This document shows positions 26,242 through 35,532 of a DNA stretch of 64,000 bases, piece by piece (position 1 is the first letter of the stretch; the number at the start of each line of letters is the position of its first letter). Under the pieces are notes generated by a model. It searched no databases. It had not been told where the DNA came from and was given only the letters and a program-made list of their open reading frames with translations. Made by a program: the position numbers and the translations under genes. The DNA is from Escherichia phage AV123: sequence record OR352953.1. One strand, 5' to 3'.

Positions 26242-26456
26242 AATGATAATCATTATCAGCTATCTTCCACGGGTGGCACTATTTCACACCAGATCATTTC
26301 ATTTGGCAAGGTGTATATAGATGTTTAGACTTGCCAAGCCATTGATTTCCTTAGAATTTATCTGTTTTGTTGTGAGTAGTACCTTTCTTGCTTAGAAAAT
26401 AATCAAAAGTCTTATAAGTCATTGAATGATAATACAAATGATAATTATTCTCATTG
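26242..26456. promoter_or_regulatory. Fur-box-like sites
   Basis: AATGATAATCATTATC at 26242 (15/15 to Fur core) and GAATGATAAT..ATGATAATTATTCTCATTG at 26424. Confidence 0.5.
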
Positions 26457-26814
26457 ATATTTGAGGGGGACGGTCGGCAGAAATCGGGGGGTGCTGAAAA
26501 TCGCGTTAAGCACCTCTCGCAAGCGAGCAGTATTTTGCGGCAAGTTATTGATATTATTGACTTTACGCTTATGAAAAGGGGGTGTGTCGAAATAAATCGG
26601 GTATACCGGAAAATTTTTGTGGCATAGATATTTATTTGTCTATATTATGTACAAAGGGGTGTGTTAAAAATAATAGGTATATATAGAATAATTGATAGGG
26701 AATATCTATACTAATTCCTCCATTAATGATATTCCTATGCTACTGCTCTTGTAATAGATGAAAAGACGCTGTATGATGTGTGGCATGAAACGTAAACTTA
26801 TAAAGGAGTCTGAT

Positions 26815-27180
26815 ATGTGTGTTCCTCTTAGCAGTCCACTGCTGTTAGAATTTTACAAAGCATGGATGCAAGATCATTCCTCAATGCATCGTGAGAATGT
26901 TGGTTTGTGTATTTGCCTTATGGATTATCTGGCAACCACTATGTCAAAGAAAAAACCTACGCGAGAAGATATAGAACATTTCAAAATGGTTCGCAGTAAA
27001 ACGCTGGAAGAGATGAAATTGCAATTCACGTGTGCTGGGCTATCCTCCTTCCTGCCCTTTAATGATGATCTTCTGTGTTATGAAGATGAAGGTAAGAAAC
27101 ATTCTTGCCATACTAACCCAGGGAGATTGCAGTGGGTGAAAGACAGACTCGAAGATGCAAATAATGCTTGCATTGAATAG
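26815..27180 (+). CDS. paralog family A protein (copy 1)
   Basis: LLEFY, GLCICL, PFN, RLQWVKDR motifs shared with 28961 and 29953; start reset to ATG 26815 (AAAGGAG RBS). Confidence 0.6.
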   Translation: MCVPLSSPLLLEFYKAWMQDHSSMHRENVGLCICLMDYLATTMSKKKPTREDIEHFKMVRSKTLEEMKLQFTCAGLSSFLPFNDDLLCYEDEGKKHSCHTNPGRLQWVKDRLEDANNACIE

Positions 27181-27250
27181 AAATGCCTGTACACTGTGTT
27201 CCATAAGATATGCAATATCGCGCATAACAAACTACTAATGAGAGGTGTAA

Positions 27251-27568
27251 ATGAGAACCTTAGCTTTGTATATTGATCCTCACTCCATTCGAGAAATGCG
27301 AGATGTACAACAGGATTATGAATTCTACCCAGAAATTTGTGAACGCTATGAAACTATTCTTAGTTCTGTAGAAGATCCAGATACTAGTGAAACAGGTGTT
27401 TCCCACTTACTGTGGATGTTGAATGAAATTCAGGATGGGTGTAATGATATGTCTGAAACCAAACGCCATCGTTGGCTAGGCTATATTCAGGGTGTTATGG
27501 TTATGAAAAACCTTATTACAGTGAATGATGAACGTAATGCTACACGCCCCGTCTTTAATGGAGCATAA
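27251..27568 (+). CDS. hypothetical protein
   Basis: 105 aa; GAGAGG RBS. Confidence 0.55.
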   Translation: MRTLALYIDPHSIREMRDVQQDYEFYPEICERYETILSSVEDPDTSETGVSHLLWMLNEIQDGCNDMSETKRHRWLGYIQGVMVMKNLITVNDERNATRPVFNGA

Positions 27569-27569
27569 C

Positions 27570-27785
27570 ATGAAAAGCATTCAGGTGTGTATTGAAAATA
27601 ATTGTGGTTATCTGGGATTGACACATGTTGCTTTCCCTCTTATGTTAGATGCCGATATCGCTTACAGCGGAGTTGCTTATGTGTCATTCAAGACAATGAG
27701 CCAAGTACCTGGCTGGAAGTGGGAAGTAGTTGATGTTGTTGAAGGAGAAGACTATGTTTTCCTTCCACACGAATATACTGTTTAA
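27570..27785 (+). CDS. hypothetical protein
   Basis: start reset to ATG 27570. Confidence 0.5.
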   Translation: MKSIQVCIENNCGYLGLTHVAFPLMLDADIAYSGVAYVSFKTMSQVPGWKWEVVDVVEGEDYVFLPHEYTV

Positions 27786-27799
27786 AAGAGGAAAAGAAG

Positions 27800-27976
27800 A
27801 TGGATAAAGAGACTACTGTGTACTTAGTAACAAAGAATACCCCAGGCTGGAGCCAATGCAGCACTGTACCTTACAAAATCTGTGCAACACTAGAACTAGC
27901 ACAACGTGCAGAAGCAGAAGTGAATGCCATGCAATACAGCTATGGTGAAATCATTCCTTTTACTCTTGAACAATAA
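27800..27976 (+). CDS. small hypothetical protein (58 aa)
   Basis: hand-translated; AAGAGGAAAAG RBS. Confidence 0.45.
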   Translation: MDKETTVYLVTKNTPGWSQCSTVPYKICATLELAQRAEAEVNAMQYSYGEIIPFTLEQ

Positions 27977-27987
27977 GGAGTTGTGTA

Positions 27988-28440
27988 ATGTTTGAAATTG
28001 GTAAAGTGTATCGTTTTAAAAACCCATCTTATATCCGTAAGTTTGCTAACGTGTCTGAGTGCAATAGCAGGATTGCTTCTTTTTTAGGTGATTCCTATTT
28101 TCGTGTATTAGATGTGGATGATTGGTATGGTGTCACTGCTTTGCAATCCTTAGCAGGAGAACAAGAAATTATCGCTCAAAATGAAGGAGACTTTCTTCAG
28201 TGTTACACGTTGCTTGCAAAAAGTGAGTTTGAGTATTTTGTAGAAGTTTTAGAGGAAGCACCAAAAAGTAAACACGAAGAGAAATACCTGCTTGTAGTGG
28301 ATGGAGTTCCGATCATGGAAACCATCTCCCGTGAGGAAGTTGAAAAAGAGGCGAAACGTTACAAGCTGAATCGTACACAGAGTGTAGTTGAAGTCTATTC
28401 TCTTGTTGGTGTTGCAGATATTAGTGTGAACATTGTATAA
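27988..28440 (+). CDS. hypothetical protein
   Basis: 150 aa; AAGGAG RBS. Confidence 0.6.
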   Translation: MFEIGKVYRFKNPSYIRKFANVSECNSRIASFLGDSYFRVLDVDDWYGVTALQSLAGEQEIIAQNEGDFLQCYTLLAKSEFEYFVEVLEEAPKSKHEEKYLLVVDGVPIMETISREEVEKEAKRYKLNRTQSVVEVYSLVGVADISVNIV

Positions 28441-28651
28441 TATATGTGTAATGACAGATACATTCTTCGTGTATCTGATAAGTCCCCTATGTTTGACTGG
28501 CGGGCTGGTGGCTACTAGCTCCGATGCAAGGTCTGACAGACGTGGAAAAGGAGGCTTATGTGTATACAAAAGAAGAGATAGAAAGTAGCCTTTATTTGAC
28601 AGATAACATTAAGAATGGTATCTTTGAGTGTAAATTGAAAGGAGAGGAAGA

Positions 28652-28951
28652 ATGACTATTACAGAAAAACTGCGCTGTATTGCAAAGCAAAGTGGAGAAG
28701 GCTTATGGTTTCCTATTGAGGAAATTATTCAGGACTGTTATGATCAGGCTAAGACTGGCAAATACTCCAAAGCATTTAAACCATCTGTTTTCGGTTTGGA
28801 TGATTATCCAAAAAATGAACAAGCAAAGAAACGACAAGTTGATTTGATTGATCTGGCTATGGAAGCACTACGAGAGCATGGACTTAGTAAGGTGTATGCT
28901 TTAAACACCAAAGAGGGCTTTGTAGATTCAGTGATCGTAGACTGGTATTAA
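28652..28951 (+). CDS. hypothetical protein
   Basis: 99 aa; AGGAGAGGAAG RBS. Confidence 0.55.
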   Translation: MTITEKLRCIAKQSGEGLWFPIEEIIQDCYDQAKTGKYSKAFKPSVFGLDDYPKNEQAKKRQVDLIDLAMEALREHGLSKVYALNTKEGFVDSVIVDWY

Positions 28952-28960
28952 GGAGAAGTC

Positions 28961-29329
28961 ATGCAAGAGAATAGTAAAGTGTGTAGCATGAAAAGCAGCC
29001 CCTATTTGCTACAATTTTATGAGTGGTGGTTAGAACAAGAAGATACAAACTTTAGCAAAAAGCATTATGGTCTTTGCACGTGTCTTGTAGACTTCTTATA
29101 CAATATTGCTTGGATAAAAGATGTTGAGAATGTAGCAAACCTCCAGTCCTCTGTACGAGAGGAAATGAAGGAACAGTTTAAGAAAGCGGGTTTGAACCAT
29201 TTACACCCATTTAATACAGATTTCTCACATTACTTTACGGAAACAGAGTTAGGCATTGCACACCTTAACAAAGAACGTGTACAATGGGTGATTGATCGTA
29301 TTCGTGATATGGAGGAATACAATGGTTAA
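28961..29329 (+). CDS. paralog family A protein (copy 2)
   Basis: YLLQFY, GLCTCL, HPFN, RVQWVIDR. Confidence 0.6.
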   Translation: MQENSKVCSMKSSPYLLQFYEWWLEQEDTNFSKKHYGLCTCLVDFLYNIAWIKDVENVANLQSSVREEMKEQFKKAGLNHLHPFNTDFSHYFTETELGIAHLNKERVQWVIDRIRDMEEYNG

Positions 29330-29540
29330 GTTTAAAACTTTCTGTGCGATTACTGTTTGCCTTATTCTTGCATACGTGTTATTCTCTGGTATCGTTCGTT
29401 TAGGCGAGTATATGGCAAGAGAAGCTCGTGAAAGTGCAGCTAAAAAAGAACAGTGTATTGTGTTCAAGCATCAAAGAGATGCTGAAAAGTTTCTCGCACT
29501 TGATTGTAATCGCTATGTATCTTATCAAATGTATGAGTAA
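29322..29540 (+). CDS. paralog family B small membrane-anchored protein (copy 1)
   Basis: TM helix then KEQCIVFKHQRDAEKFL; start reset to ATG 29322 (GGAGG RBS). Confidence 0.5.
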   Translation: MVKFKTFCAITVCLILAYVLFSGIVRLGEYMAREARESAAKKEQCIVFKHQRDAEKFLALDCNRYVSYQMYE

Positions 29541-29549
29541 GGAGGATTT

Positions 29550-29774
29550 ATGGTAAAACGTCTGGAATGGGATGCGTGTACTGCTCACGCTTGTCACTGT
29601 GATATTGTTGAAGACCCTAATGGAGAAATGGTGTATTATGAGGATTACGAAGCATTGCATAATGCTGTGATCGCTTTACTGGATGATATTAGCTCACGCT
29701 ATCCAGGACAACAGTTTACGTGTCCACATATCCAACTGTTAGCCAAACTTACGGAGTATCCAAGTGTTCCATAG
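29550..29774 (+). CDS. paralog family C protein (copy 1)
   Basis: CDIVEDPNGEMVYYEDYEAL shared with 34910 ORF. Confidence 0.5.
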   Translation: MVKRLEWDACTAHACHCDIVEDPNGEMVYYEDYEALHNAVIALLDDISSRYPGQQFTCPHIQLLAKLTEYPSVP

Positions 29775-29775
29775 T

Positions 29776-29943
29776 ATGGGTATCCCTGAACAACTGCTAT
29801 TTATTGTAGGATTAGTAGGTTTATTGGCGGCTGGCGCTAAAGCCGCTTCTCACACGCATCACATAATGTTAAGATTTCTATTCCTACTCCCTTCTATCCT
29901 TGTATTATTAGTCATACTGATTGATAACATTTTTCACAATTAA
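29776..29943 (+). CDS. small membrane protein (55 aa)
   Basis: hand-translated; two hydrophobic helices. Confidence 0.4.
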   Translation: MGIPEQLLFIVGLVGLLAAGAKAASHTHHIMLRFLFLLPSILVLLVILIDNIFHN

Positions 29944-29952
29944 GGAGAGGCT

Positions 29953-30537
29953 ATGAGTAAAGTTATACCAAGCAGTTATGAATTATTACAGTTTTATGTG
30001 TATTATATAGACTGGGTTAGTAGATCGAATGTTAAAGACAATGCGATGTTTAGTAAAAACATCTGTTTAACAGAAAGTATCTTCCGTTACTGGCACACAG
30101 GTAGAAAGTGTACACACAGTGAAGCTATGCGCATTGTAGGAGAATATCTGGAGCAATTGCAAAAAGCAGAGCTACCTGTCCTTCACCCATTCAATGAATC
30201 TAAAGAAGAATTAGAACAAGAATGTAGGGAAGGTAAGTGCCATTTGAATGAAAAACGTATCGAATGGGTGAGGCAACGTTTAGCCGATGCAGGGAATCCT
30301 CCTAGTGACTCTGACTATACGTGGTATGATGTAGAGGGTTTAGTTCAAGGTTTTGAGGCTTGTGCTATAGGTAATACCAACTTTGCCAAAGTTTTATGCG
30401 AGGTTTATGATCTGGCAGATAAAATCCGAAATCACGGATGGAAACAAGAGCATAAAGAATCATATGAACGCCTTGACAAGATTTTCAAACAGATCTATTC
30501 TAACCACAAAGAGATGTTCCAAATGGAGGATGTGTAA
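29953..30537 (+). CDS. paralog family A protein (copy 3, extended C-terminus)
   Basis: LLQFY, HPFN, RIEWVRQR; 194 aa. Confidence 0.6.
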   Translation: MSKVIPSSYELLQFYVYYIDWVSRSNVKDNAMFSKNICLTESIFRYWHTGRKCTHSEAMRIVGEYLEQLQKAELPVLHPFNESKEELEQECREGKCHLNEKRIEWVRQRLADAGNPPSDSDYTWYDVEGLVQGFEACAIGNTNFAKVLCEVYDLADKIRNHGWKQEHKESYERLDKIFKQIYSNHKEMFQMEDV

Positions 30538-31223
30538 TGAAAGAGATTATGTTTGAAGGGCATCGTTACGAAGTTCCAGACAATGCAAATTTCATGGCTC
30601 GTGATATCACTGGAGATGTGTTCTGGTTTGAAGATGAACCTGTGTTTTCTTCGAACAAACACTGGTTTTCACAACAATCTTCTTCGGAAAATATGACTTT
30701 TGGCTACGTAGAGCCTAAAGTGCGCTGCAAAGCAGCTTCTTCTTTGGTAAAAATTTCCCAAGATGATCAAGAAAATACTCCAGATGTTGTTAGTGCACTA
30801 CTGAAATACATTGCAGAACTTGAGAATAAAATTAAAGAAGCAGAAACTAAGGTGAAAGCACGATCAGCCATCATTGAAGCTATGTCTGAACGTATCTTAG
30901 AGCTAGAAGATTTGTGTGGAGAGGCTTATCAAGTGGTCGGTGCACTGGCTTATGAAGCACAAATGTTTGAAACTTCAGAACAAGTTTCACATATGTTAGA
31001 TAATTTAAGTGAATGTAAAATGATTCATGATGATGTATTGCCATTTTGTTGCAATGTTAACAAAACAGAGCAAACAGAAGATTCAGAAACAGTTTATGTT
31101 CCGCTGATGTGTGTTCCAGATCATTTAAAAGGTGTATTCTCTTGTAAATGGTCACTGTTGAGCGTTACTAATTGTGGTGAAAACTATTCTGCCAACATTG
31201 AATTGCTAAAACACGTTAAATAA
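30537..31223 (+). CDS. hypothetical protein with central coiled coil
   Basis: 228 aa. Confidence 0.6.
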   Translation: MKEIMFEGHRYEVPDNANFMARDITGDVFWFEDEPVFSSNKHWFSQQSSSENMTFGYVEPKVRCKAASSLVKISQDDQENTPDVVSALLKYIAELENKIKEAETKVKARSAIIEAMSERILELEDLCGEAYQVVGALAYEAQMFETSEQVSHMLDNLSECKMIHDDVLPFCCNVNKTEQTEDSETVYVPLMCVPDHLKGVFSCKWSLLSVTNCGENYSANIELLKHVK

Positions 31224-31233
31224 GGAGAGTAAT

Positions 31234-31638
31234 ATGTGGTCTGTTAAAATCAAATATAATGCGCAGTATTATGGTGGAAAGCCTTACGAAGTTGTTATTT
31301 GTGACTGTATCTCTAAAGAAGTTGCACAGCTTTGTGGCACTGGTGTTAGTGAAGCTATGAACAAAATGCATAACTCGACTGTGCGTTACCTGGATCAAGA
31401 TATTCCAGAAGATGTAAATGACTATGCTTACGAAGTTATTTACAGTGAAGGTAAGAAGCTCTCTATTGAAGATGCACTTAAAGCACTACCTGCTATGTGC
31501 AGCCCAACACCAGAAGCAGTTAAAGAGATTTTACCAGAATCCAACCCCGATGAATATGCCTCTATGGTTGCTTCAGACATGTGGAATCTCTGTCGAGAAA
31601 CTATGATTAAAAATCTTGTGGAAATGGCGCATGAGTAA
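31234..31638 (+). CDS. hypothetical protein
   Basis: 134 aa; AAGGAGAG RBS. Confidence 0.6.
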   Translation: MWSVKIKYNAQYYGGKPYEVVICDCISKEVAQLCGTGVSEAMNKMHNSTVRYLDQDIPEDVNDYAYEVIYSEGKKLSIEDALKALPAMCSPTPEAVKEILPESNPDEYASMVASDMWNLCRETMIKNLVEMAHE

Positions 31639-31849
31639 AACACACTTTATACATCCGTTTGATCCAAAGAACAAGGCGGTTATACACCGCCGTTGGACTG
31701 AAACGCGCATTACAAAATGTCCTGTGCCAGCAGCACAGGAATATAACAAAACATATAAAGCAGAATTTGTGGAGTACACCTTTGTAAATAACAAAGGGAA
31801 GGAGGTTTATGTTCCAGAATACTGCCTTTGGATAAAATGGGAGGAATAA
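31631..31849 (+). CDS. hypothetical protein
   Basis: start reset from TTG 31616 to ATG 31631. Confidence 0.45.
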   Translation: MSKTHFIHPFDPKNKAVIHRRWTETRITKCPVPAAQEYNKTYKAEFVEYTFVNNKGKEVYVPEYCLWIKWEE

Positions 31850-32016
31850 TGCAAACATTTTTTATCGACAAGTTCAATAAAAGTATGAATACGTGGATGG
31901 CAACATTCACTATGCAATTTGCGTCATTTAAAGAAGCTCAAGAATGGTGCGATCAACACAAGGATTTTGATTTTTACTATCAAGTTAATGCAAACCTTTC
32001 TCCAGAGGAGAAATAA
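31849..32016 (+). CDS. small hypothetical protein
   Basis: start reset to ATG 31849 (GGGAGGAATA RBS). Confidence 0.45.
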   Translation: MQTFFIDKFNKSMNTWMATFTMQFASFKEAQEWCDQHKDFDFYYQVNANLSPEEK

Positions 32017-32017
32017 T

Positions 32018-32362
32018 ATGTTGGCTGATATTGAAATCCTTATGTACCGACAAGGTATGATCAAAATGTGGCTAGATTCTTTTAGCAACATATACTGCAC
32101 AGTACGATCAGCAGACGAGCGTAAAACGCTTATTTTATCTGCTATTGTTGACAAACAACGTTTCTTCAAAGAAGTTTTGCAAACAGGCTTCTCCGATGCA
32201 GGAGTAGAGATTGCAACGCTTAGTCTTGGAGTGCTGTCTTACTTGGAATCCGTTGTTTTATATGTCTTCTCTTTAGAAGAACACTTGCAATTCAAAGCAT
32301 TAAAACTTATCTTAGATGCTGCAATTGACATAGAACAAAATCGAATTGATTCTTTTGAATAA
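32018..32362 (+). CDS. hypothetical protein
   Basis: start reset to ATG 32018 (GAGGAG RBS). Confidence 0.5.
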   Translation: MLADIEILMYRQGMIKMWLDSFSNIYCTVRSADERKTLILSAIVDKQRFFKEVLQTGFSDAGVEIATLSLGVLSYLESVVLYVFSLEEHLQFKALKLILDAAIDIEQNRIDSFE

Positions 32363-32378
32363 AAATAAGGAGGAAACT

Positions 32379-32837
32379 ATGCAAGAGGTTAAACATTATC
32401 CACATGGTCGTAGTTTTGTAGCTGTATGGCATGTTCCTGCTCGTAATGAACTATTTTGTGCATCTTTTCATTACAAAGATGGACAATATTTCACCTATGA
32501 CGAAACGATGGATGATTTTATCCCAGAGTGCGATCATGGGTATACACCAATGTTCTTTAAACGTATGAAAGCTCGTTTCTTCGTTACAGATGTTGATGGT
32601 GAACCTACTTGGCACATCGAAGAAGATTGGCAAGATTCTGTAGATATTAAAGAAGCCCCAGAATGGGCTACATTACTGGTACACGTCAAAACCCCTACTC
32701 TTGACGTTATGGCGTGGGTTAATCATGATGATACCCATTACCAATACATAAATGGTAGCACAGAGATTTCTGGTGAGATTATTGGTCGTTGGAAGCCTAC
32801 GAATCAGGTTGCTATTGTCGGGTATAAGACAGTATAA
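32379..32837 (+). CDS. hypothetical protein
   Basis: start reset to ATG 32379 (AAGGAGG RBS). Confidence 0.55.
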   Translation: MQEVKHYPHGRSFVAVWHVPARNELFCASFHYKDGQYFTYDETMDDFIPECDHGYTPMFFKRMKARFFVTDVDGEPTWHIEEDWQDSVDIKEAPEWATLLVHVKTPTLDVMAWVNHDDTHYQYINGSTEISGEIIGRWKPTNQVAIVGYKTV

Positions 32838-32838
32838 T

Positions 32839-33033
32839 ATGAAAAATAGTGTAGATTGGGATGATTTATCCGATTTTGAAAAATGGTTCTTAGGTAGTGG
32901 TTGTTATGCAGATGGGGATCTCGAAAGAGATCCTTCTGGAAATTACATTATGCCATTAACCCAAGGTTTTTATGAGTGCTGGTGCGCAGCACAAAACAAC
33001 GTACTGAATAAGGAGACAACACAATGCAATTAA
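32839..33033 (+). CDS. small hypothetical protein
   Basis: start reset to ATG 32839. Confidence 0.45.
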   Translation: MKNSVDWDDLSDFEKWFLGSGCYADGDLERDPSGNYIMPLTQGFYECWCAAQNNVLNKETTQCN

Positions 33034-33263
33034 ACATCGGACAACCAATTTTTGATGCAGATACTGGTCAATATGCAGTGATTGTTGCTCGTATGAGCGG
33101 TGATGACCTTATTGTTTCAGAACTACTCGGATCAGATCCGCAACTGCGCGTAGTATGTGATCTATATCTTCGAGACGAAAGTGATCGCATTGCACTGAAA
33201 GAAGATGGTATGCTCTACTATACCTGGACTAGAGATCCTGGGGTAACGGAGGTAGAGGTATAA
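33024..33263 (+). CDS. hypothetical protein
   Basis: 79 aa; AAGGAG RBS. Confidence 0.55.
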   Translation: MQLNIGQPIFDADTGQYAVIVARMSGDDLIVSELLGSDPQLRVVCDLYLRDESDRIALKEDGMLYYTWTRDPGVTEVEV

Positions 33264-33562
33264 TGGTAAGGAATAGGGGTTTACATAAAAGAAGACACCT
33301 TACTTACTGGCATCGTAAAGTACATGAACCTGTATCAAAGAAAGAATGGCAATATCTGCCTTATGGGAAGGAGCGAAGAAAGTATCTGTTAGCTCACTTA
33401 AGGGTACATGGTTCTCTTCCTGTTAACAGTAAGTGGCAATTGCAAACAGCTTATGACGAAGATATGAAATATCTGTTAAAGAGAGGCATTATTTGCCTTG
33501 TTAAGATCGGACGATGGAAATCTCGTCAATCTTATATCGTACTTAAACAGGAGAAACGATGA
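33263..33562 (+). CDS. highly basic small protein
   Basis: 99 aa, K/R-rich. Confidence 0.5.
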   Translation: MVRNRGLHKRRHLTYWHRKVHEPVSKKEWQYLPYGKERRKYLLAHLRVHGSLPVNSKWQLQTAYDEDMKYLLKRGIICLVKIGRWKSRQSYIVLKQEKR

Positions 33563-33810
33563 ATATCAAAGATGTTGTAGCATACGTAGAAGATGAAGTT
33601 AAAAACCATACAAGTTTACTGAAAGTAATGGTTGTGGTTAAAGATGGTATTGGACAAGTAAACGTACAACATGTCTTATCTGACACTGTATACAATGTGT
33701 TTGAATGTAAAGAAACACCTCATGGAGTACGTGTGGTTTATATTGATAACAATTTCAAAGAATGTGTGAGACATACCTTAGAAAATGAACTAAGGATCAC
33801 AATCTTATGA
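33559..33810 (+). CDS. hypothetical protein
   Basis: 83 aa. Confidence 0.5.
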   Translation: MNIKDVVAYVEDEVKNHTSLLKVMVVVKDGIGQVNVQHVLSDTVYNVFECKETPHGVRVVYIDNNFKECVRHTLENELRITIL

Positions 33811-33980
33811 GTTATTATGTTGTACCTTATGCCAATAAGTGGAGAGTAAGAGAAACTTGTTTTCTATTCTCCTGGTGGGCTACGTTCGGAGATGGTTGTG
33901 GAAATGATACAGGAAAGCCTGTAGAGTACGACACAAAAGAAGAATGTGAACAATGGATAAAATTAACACAAAGATGTTGA
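33807..33980 (+). CDS. small cysteine-containing protein (57 aa)
   Basis: hand-translated; overlapping stop/start. Confidence 0.4.
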   Translation: MSYYVVPYANKWRVRETCFLFSWWATFGDGCGNDTGKPVEYDTKEECEQWIKLTQRC

Positions 33981-34033
33981 CACGATCTTAACTTCTTGTT
34001 AGTATCAATGTGTACTAACGATAAGGAGGGTTT

Positions 34034-34258
34034 ATGAAGTCTGTAAACAAGTTGCAACAATTTTTGTTATCAACAGCAATCTTTTTGCTTTTGTTAATTG
34101 GTATTCTGTATGGTGCATCTAACTTATACAATCTACATAGTGATGTAGAACAGAATAAAGAGAAGTGCATCATTCTAAAACACAAGAAACAAGCAGAAGA
34201 TTTCTTAAAGAATAAGTGTTACAACTACATTGATTATGAGGAGACAAACAATGATTAA
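34034..34258 (+). CDS. paralog family B small membrane-anchored protein (copy 2)
   Basis: TM helix then KEKCIILKHKKQAEDFL. Confidence 0.5.
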   Translation: MKSVNKLQQFLLSTAIFLLLLIGILYGASNLYNLHSDVEQNKEKCIILKHKKQAEDFLKNKCYNYIDYEETNND

Positions 34259-34493
34259 AGAATTAGGTATGCGAGTATACAGTGAGTGGACTCCAAGCAA
34301 TGGCCCAGGAGTTGTTGCAGCTAAATGTATCAATGGTCGTATTGAGTACCTGGAAGGGTATGAAGATAATGAAGAGTTAGTAGATTATGCTAAATCTTTT
34401 ATTGAAGATGATACAGACTTTATTGTATTATATGATACAGGAGAGTTAGAGTATGGATATGATGGAGATGGGGATATCTTTGAACTTCAATAA
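34251..34493 (+). CDS. acidic hypothetical protein
   Basis: start reset to ATG 34251 (GAGGAG RBS). Confidence 0.5.
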   Translation: MIKELGMRVYSEWTPSNGPGVVAAKCINGRIEYLEGYEDNEELVDYAKSFIEDDTDFIVLYDTGELEYGYDGDGDIFELQ

Positions 34494-34585
34494 GAGTAGT
34501 AAGTAAGGTATAAAGAGTATATAGTTAGTTATAGAGTTAGTAACATTACATATACTCTTTCCATGTATAACATGGAATATTCTCT

Positions 34586-34638
34586 ACCTCGCTATCGCTC
34601 GGTATATAAGATTAGGGTAGCATGTTTTTTACGAAAAG
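34586..34638 (+). other. conserved intergenic element, copy 2
   Basis: matches 7415-7468 including identical TTAGGGTAGCATGTTTTT. Confidence 0.5.
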
Positions 34639-34700
34639 TAAAACTGTTTATACCGATTGATAGCAGGTTTTTAATAGATTCTATCTATGAGGAGTAGAAA

Positions 34701-34919
34701 GTGTACAAATTATATAAAGGAAAAGATAAGTTTACGGGTAATACATCTGGTTTCTATGTAACACCACGTGGCGTTGCCGTATTTGATTGGATTCCTGGTA
34801 CTCCAGATCGTGAAATGATCTCTCTTGTAAAACTGTCGGAACAAGAGTACACTTACGGTGACATTACAACATTCTATTCTCGTGCAGAAAATCCAAAACT
34901 GATTGCGGAGTGGGAATAA
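34701..34919 (+). CDS. hypothetical protein (GTG start)
   Basis: 72 aa; GAGGAG RBS 7 nt upstream of GTG. Confidence 0.45.
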   Translation: MYKLYKGKDKFTGNTSGFYVTPRGVAVFDWIPGTPDREMISLVKLSEQEYTYGDITTFYSRAENPKLIAEWE

Positions 34920-35182
34920 TGGTTACACGATATGATTTAGAGGTGTACAGCCAAGGTGCTGCTGGTCAATGTGATATTGTACCAGATCCAGAAGGAGACT
35001 ATGTTCTTCTTGCTGATTACAACAAGCTAGAAGAAAGACTTCTGGCTGTGTATGCTAAAGAGAACAAAACAATCTGTCCTTATTGCAATGGAATGGGTTG
35101 GGTTGTTGCAGATGTTGGACAAATGTATGAATGTGTGCCTTGTAAAACCACAGGATTTATTGAAAAGGATACTGACAAATGA
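34910..35182 (+). CDS. paralog family C protein (copy 2) with C-terminal Cys cluster
   Basis: CDIVPDPEGDYVLLADYNKL; CPYCNG..CVPC. Confidence 0.5.
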   Translation: MGIMVTRYDLEVYSQGAAGQCDIVPDPEGDYVLLADYNKLEERLLAVYAKENKTICPYCNGMGWVVADVGQMYECVPCKTTGFIEKDTDK

Positions 35183-35427
35183 CTGTAGCAGATAAAATGA
35201 GAGAACTGGCAGAAAACGCAGAACTTAACAAAGCAAAGGAGAGTTTACAAAATATCTACGCGTATATTGAGAGAGCAGCTAAAGATGGAGACAGAGAAGT
35301 TGCTATATACACGCTTTATCCAACTTTCGCAAAAGTTAGCTTGGATGCTGAAGGTTTTTCAACTTTTATTGATACAGAAACATCTCATTACGATGAAAAC
35401 TTTACTCGAATAGTTATTCGATGGTAA
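35179..35427 (+). CDS. hypothetical protein
   Basis: 82 aa. Confidence 0.5.
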   Translation: MTVADKMRELAENAELNKAKESLQNIYAYIERAAKDGDREVAIYTLYPTFAKVSLDAEGFSTFIDTETSHYDENFTRIVIRW

Positions 35428-35532
35428 ATTTCTGATATTTATGCGCCCTGGCTACCTGGGCGTAATAAATTCAGCTTATATTTGATCCGCGCCTTCGGCG
35501 CTTAGGCAAAGCCACGCCACACAGGAGAGTTT

